Shown here piece after piece: positions 31,100 to 32,000 of a DNA stretch of 32,000 nucleotides. Position 1 is the stretch's first letter. Every line of letters begins with the position of its first letter. This DNA comes from Mycobacterium leprae TN (lineage in GTDB: Bacteria; Actinomycetota; Actinomycetes; Mycobacteriales; Mycobacteriaceae). The translations under genes were made by a program, and so were the position numbers. The notes below the pieces were generated by a model. The model worked only from the letters and a program-made list of their open reading frames with translations, had not been told where the DNA came from and did not search any database. Where the stretch lies: the NCBI RefSeq assembly GCF_000195855.1, contig NC_002677.1, positions 630,001 through 662,000 of the forward strand. Direction: 5' to 3'.

Positions 31100-32000
31100 A
31101 GCTACTGCGTAGAGCATCCGCATGCATAGGCGATTATCTCGACGTCAATGACGATGGTTCCCTGCAGACCTTGCTGCGGGGAACCGAAATGCGTTTGCAG
31201 ATTGTCCAATTCAAAGTTGTCTCGCCACACGACCCGGCCTGTGCCTAATAGTAACAAGATTAGCGAGCTGCGGGGTAACGAGCAGAGCATAATGGTGATA
31301 CAGCCATTGTCACTTAAGTGGGTGATGGTTTCAGCTCCGCTAACGAACAGATCGAAAATAGTTGACGGTATGGTGGTCTAGCACCACGCTTGTATCCTTG
31401 TATCAGGGTATCTCTTGGGCGAGAGGTTGATTCGGTTTCCTTGGGGCGGTGTAGTTGTTAGGAAAGGCATGGCCTGTTTGCCGATGAATTCTCGCAGCGG
31501 CGGGTTAAGGTGCGAAAACTTCTTCACCACCGAGAATCTCCTTCCAACACATCATGGGCTAACCAGAGAAGCCAGCCTACTGTGACGAGGAATGCAGCGC
31601 CTTCAGGACCCGGCTCATCGCCTCGGCGTCGGGCGCAACCAGGGAGCGAGGCTGATGTAGCCGTGCAACATGGTCGCTCGTGGCGCCACTTTGTTGGCAC
31701 TCCGGCCGAGTTGAGGGGTAGGCGTACTGAGCTCCGTCGTATCGCATTGAGGTCATGTTCGGTGACGTCGATGAAGGCAGGAAGTAGACCGAATAATATA
31801 GGTCGGCGGCATTGGCTGGGGCTGGGTGGCAGGAAGTGTTGTGTAGTCGCGGATGTCGAGGGCAGGAACGTACCAGGTCAGAAATGCATTCAATTACGTT
31901 GCGGGCCAGAATCCTTGCATCGGCATTCTGGGTGAAAGACGGGTAGCGATAGGTCAGCCGTGGTTGGCGGGTACCGCAACAATTGGAAAACTACGTTCGA
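31100..32000 (-). pseudogene. EthA-like Baeyer-Villiger FAD monooxygenase remnant (Rv1393c position), continuing beyond the window end
   Basis: The - strand was spliced over three frames. Fragments: NVVFQLLRYPP (compare VTMLQRSPTY), PIATRLS, PPTYIIRSTSCL (compare P.Y.PWDQRLCL) and DLNAIRRSSV..RLPLNSAG..CCTATSASL (compare DLFRAIRHGKV...RLNSG...IITATGLNL). The comparison uses EthA as I recall it. There are many stops and the lower boundary is uncertain. Confidence 0.4.

Overview
This is a GC-rich actinobacterial chromosome segment; coding lines I hand-counted run roughly 55-65% GC. Gene content and order match the Mycobacterium tuberculosis/leprae lineage. The many frameshifted gene remnants point to a reductively evolved genome of the M. 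leprae type, which I infer and cannot verify here. Two housekeeping blocks on the + strand are intact. Block (i), 1-7495, is aroB (3' part)-aroQ-[membrane protein on the - strand]-pepQ-efp-nusB-large Orn/Lys/Arg-type decarboxylase, in the order of M. tuberculosis Rv2538c-Rv2531c. Block (ii), 15581-30932, is pyrB-pyrC-carA-carB-pyrF-PE-PPE-mihF-gmk-rpoZ-coaBC-metK, in the order of Rv1380-Rv1392. The blocks are joined by about 7.5 kb (7496-15031) with no intact gene. Reading across frames there recovers a vapB/vapC remnant (+) and a co-oriented - strand series. That series is an FAD monooxygenase, two tandem AT-rich phosphoesterase-family remnants, a GNAT, a beta-lactamase-like hydrolase, an unassigned Cys-containing protein and a DUF222/HNH (13E12-type) protein. 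pyrR at the head of the pyr operon is also broken, although a PyrR-binding-loop-like hairpin survives upstream. The Rv1382-like membrane gene between pyrC and carA is split over three frames. A Baeyer-Villiger monooxygenase remnant lies after metK. I found no rRNA, tRNA, CRISPR array, insertion sequence or intact novel multi-gene system. The most unusual signals are the low-GC island (about 9060-11100), the dead pyrR with its retained cis element, and the retained PE/PPE pair. All family assignments rest on motifs read by eye and need database confirmation.
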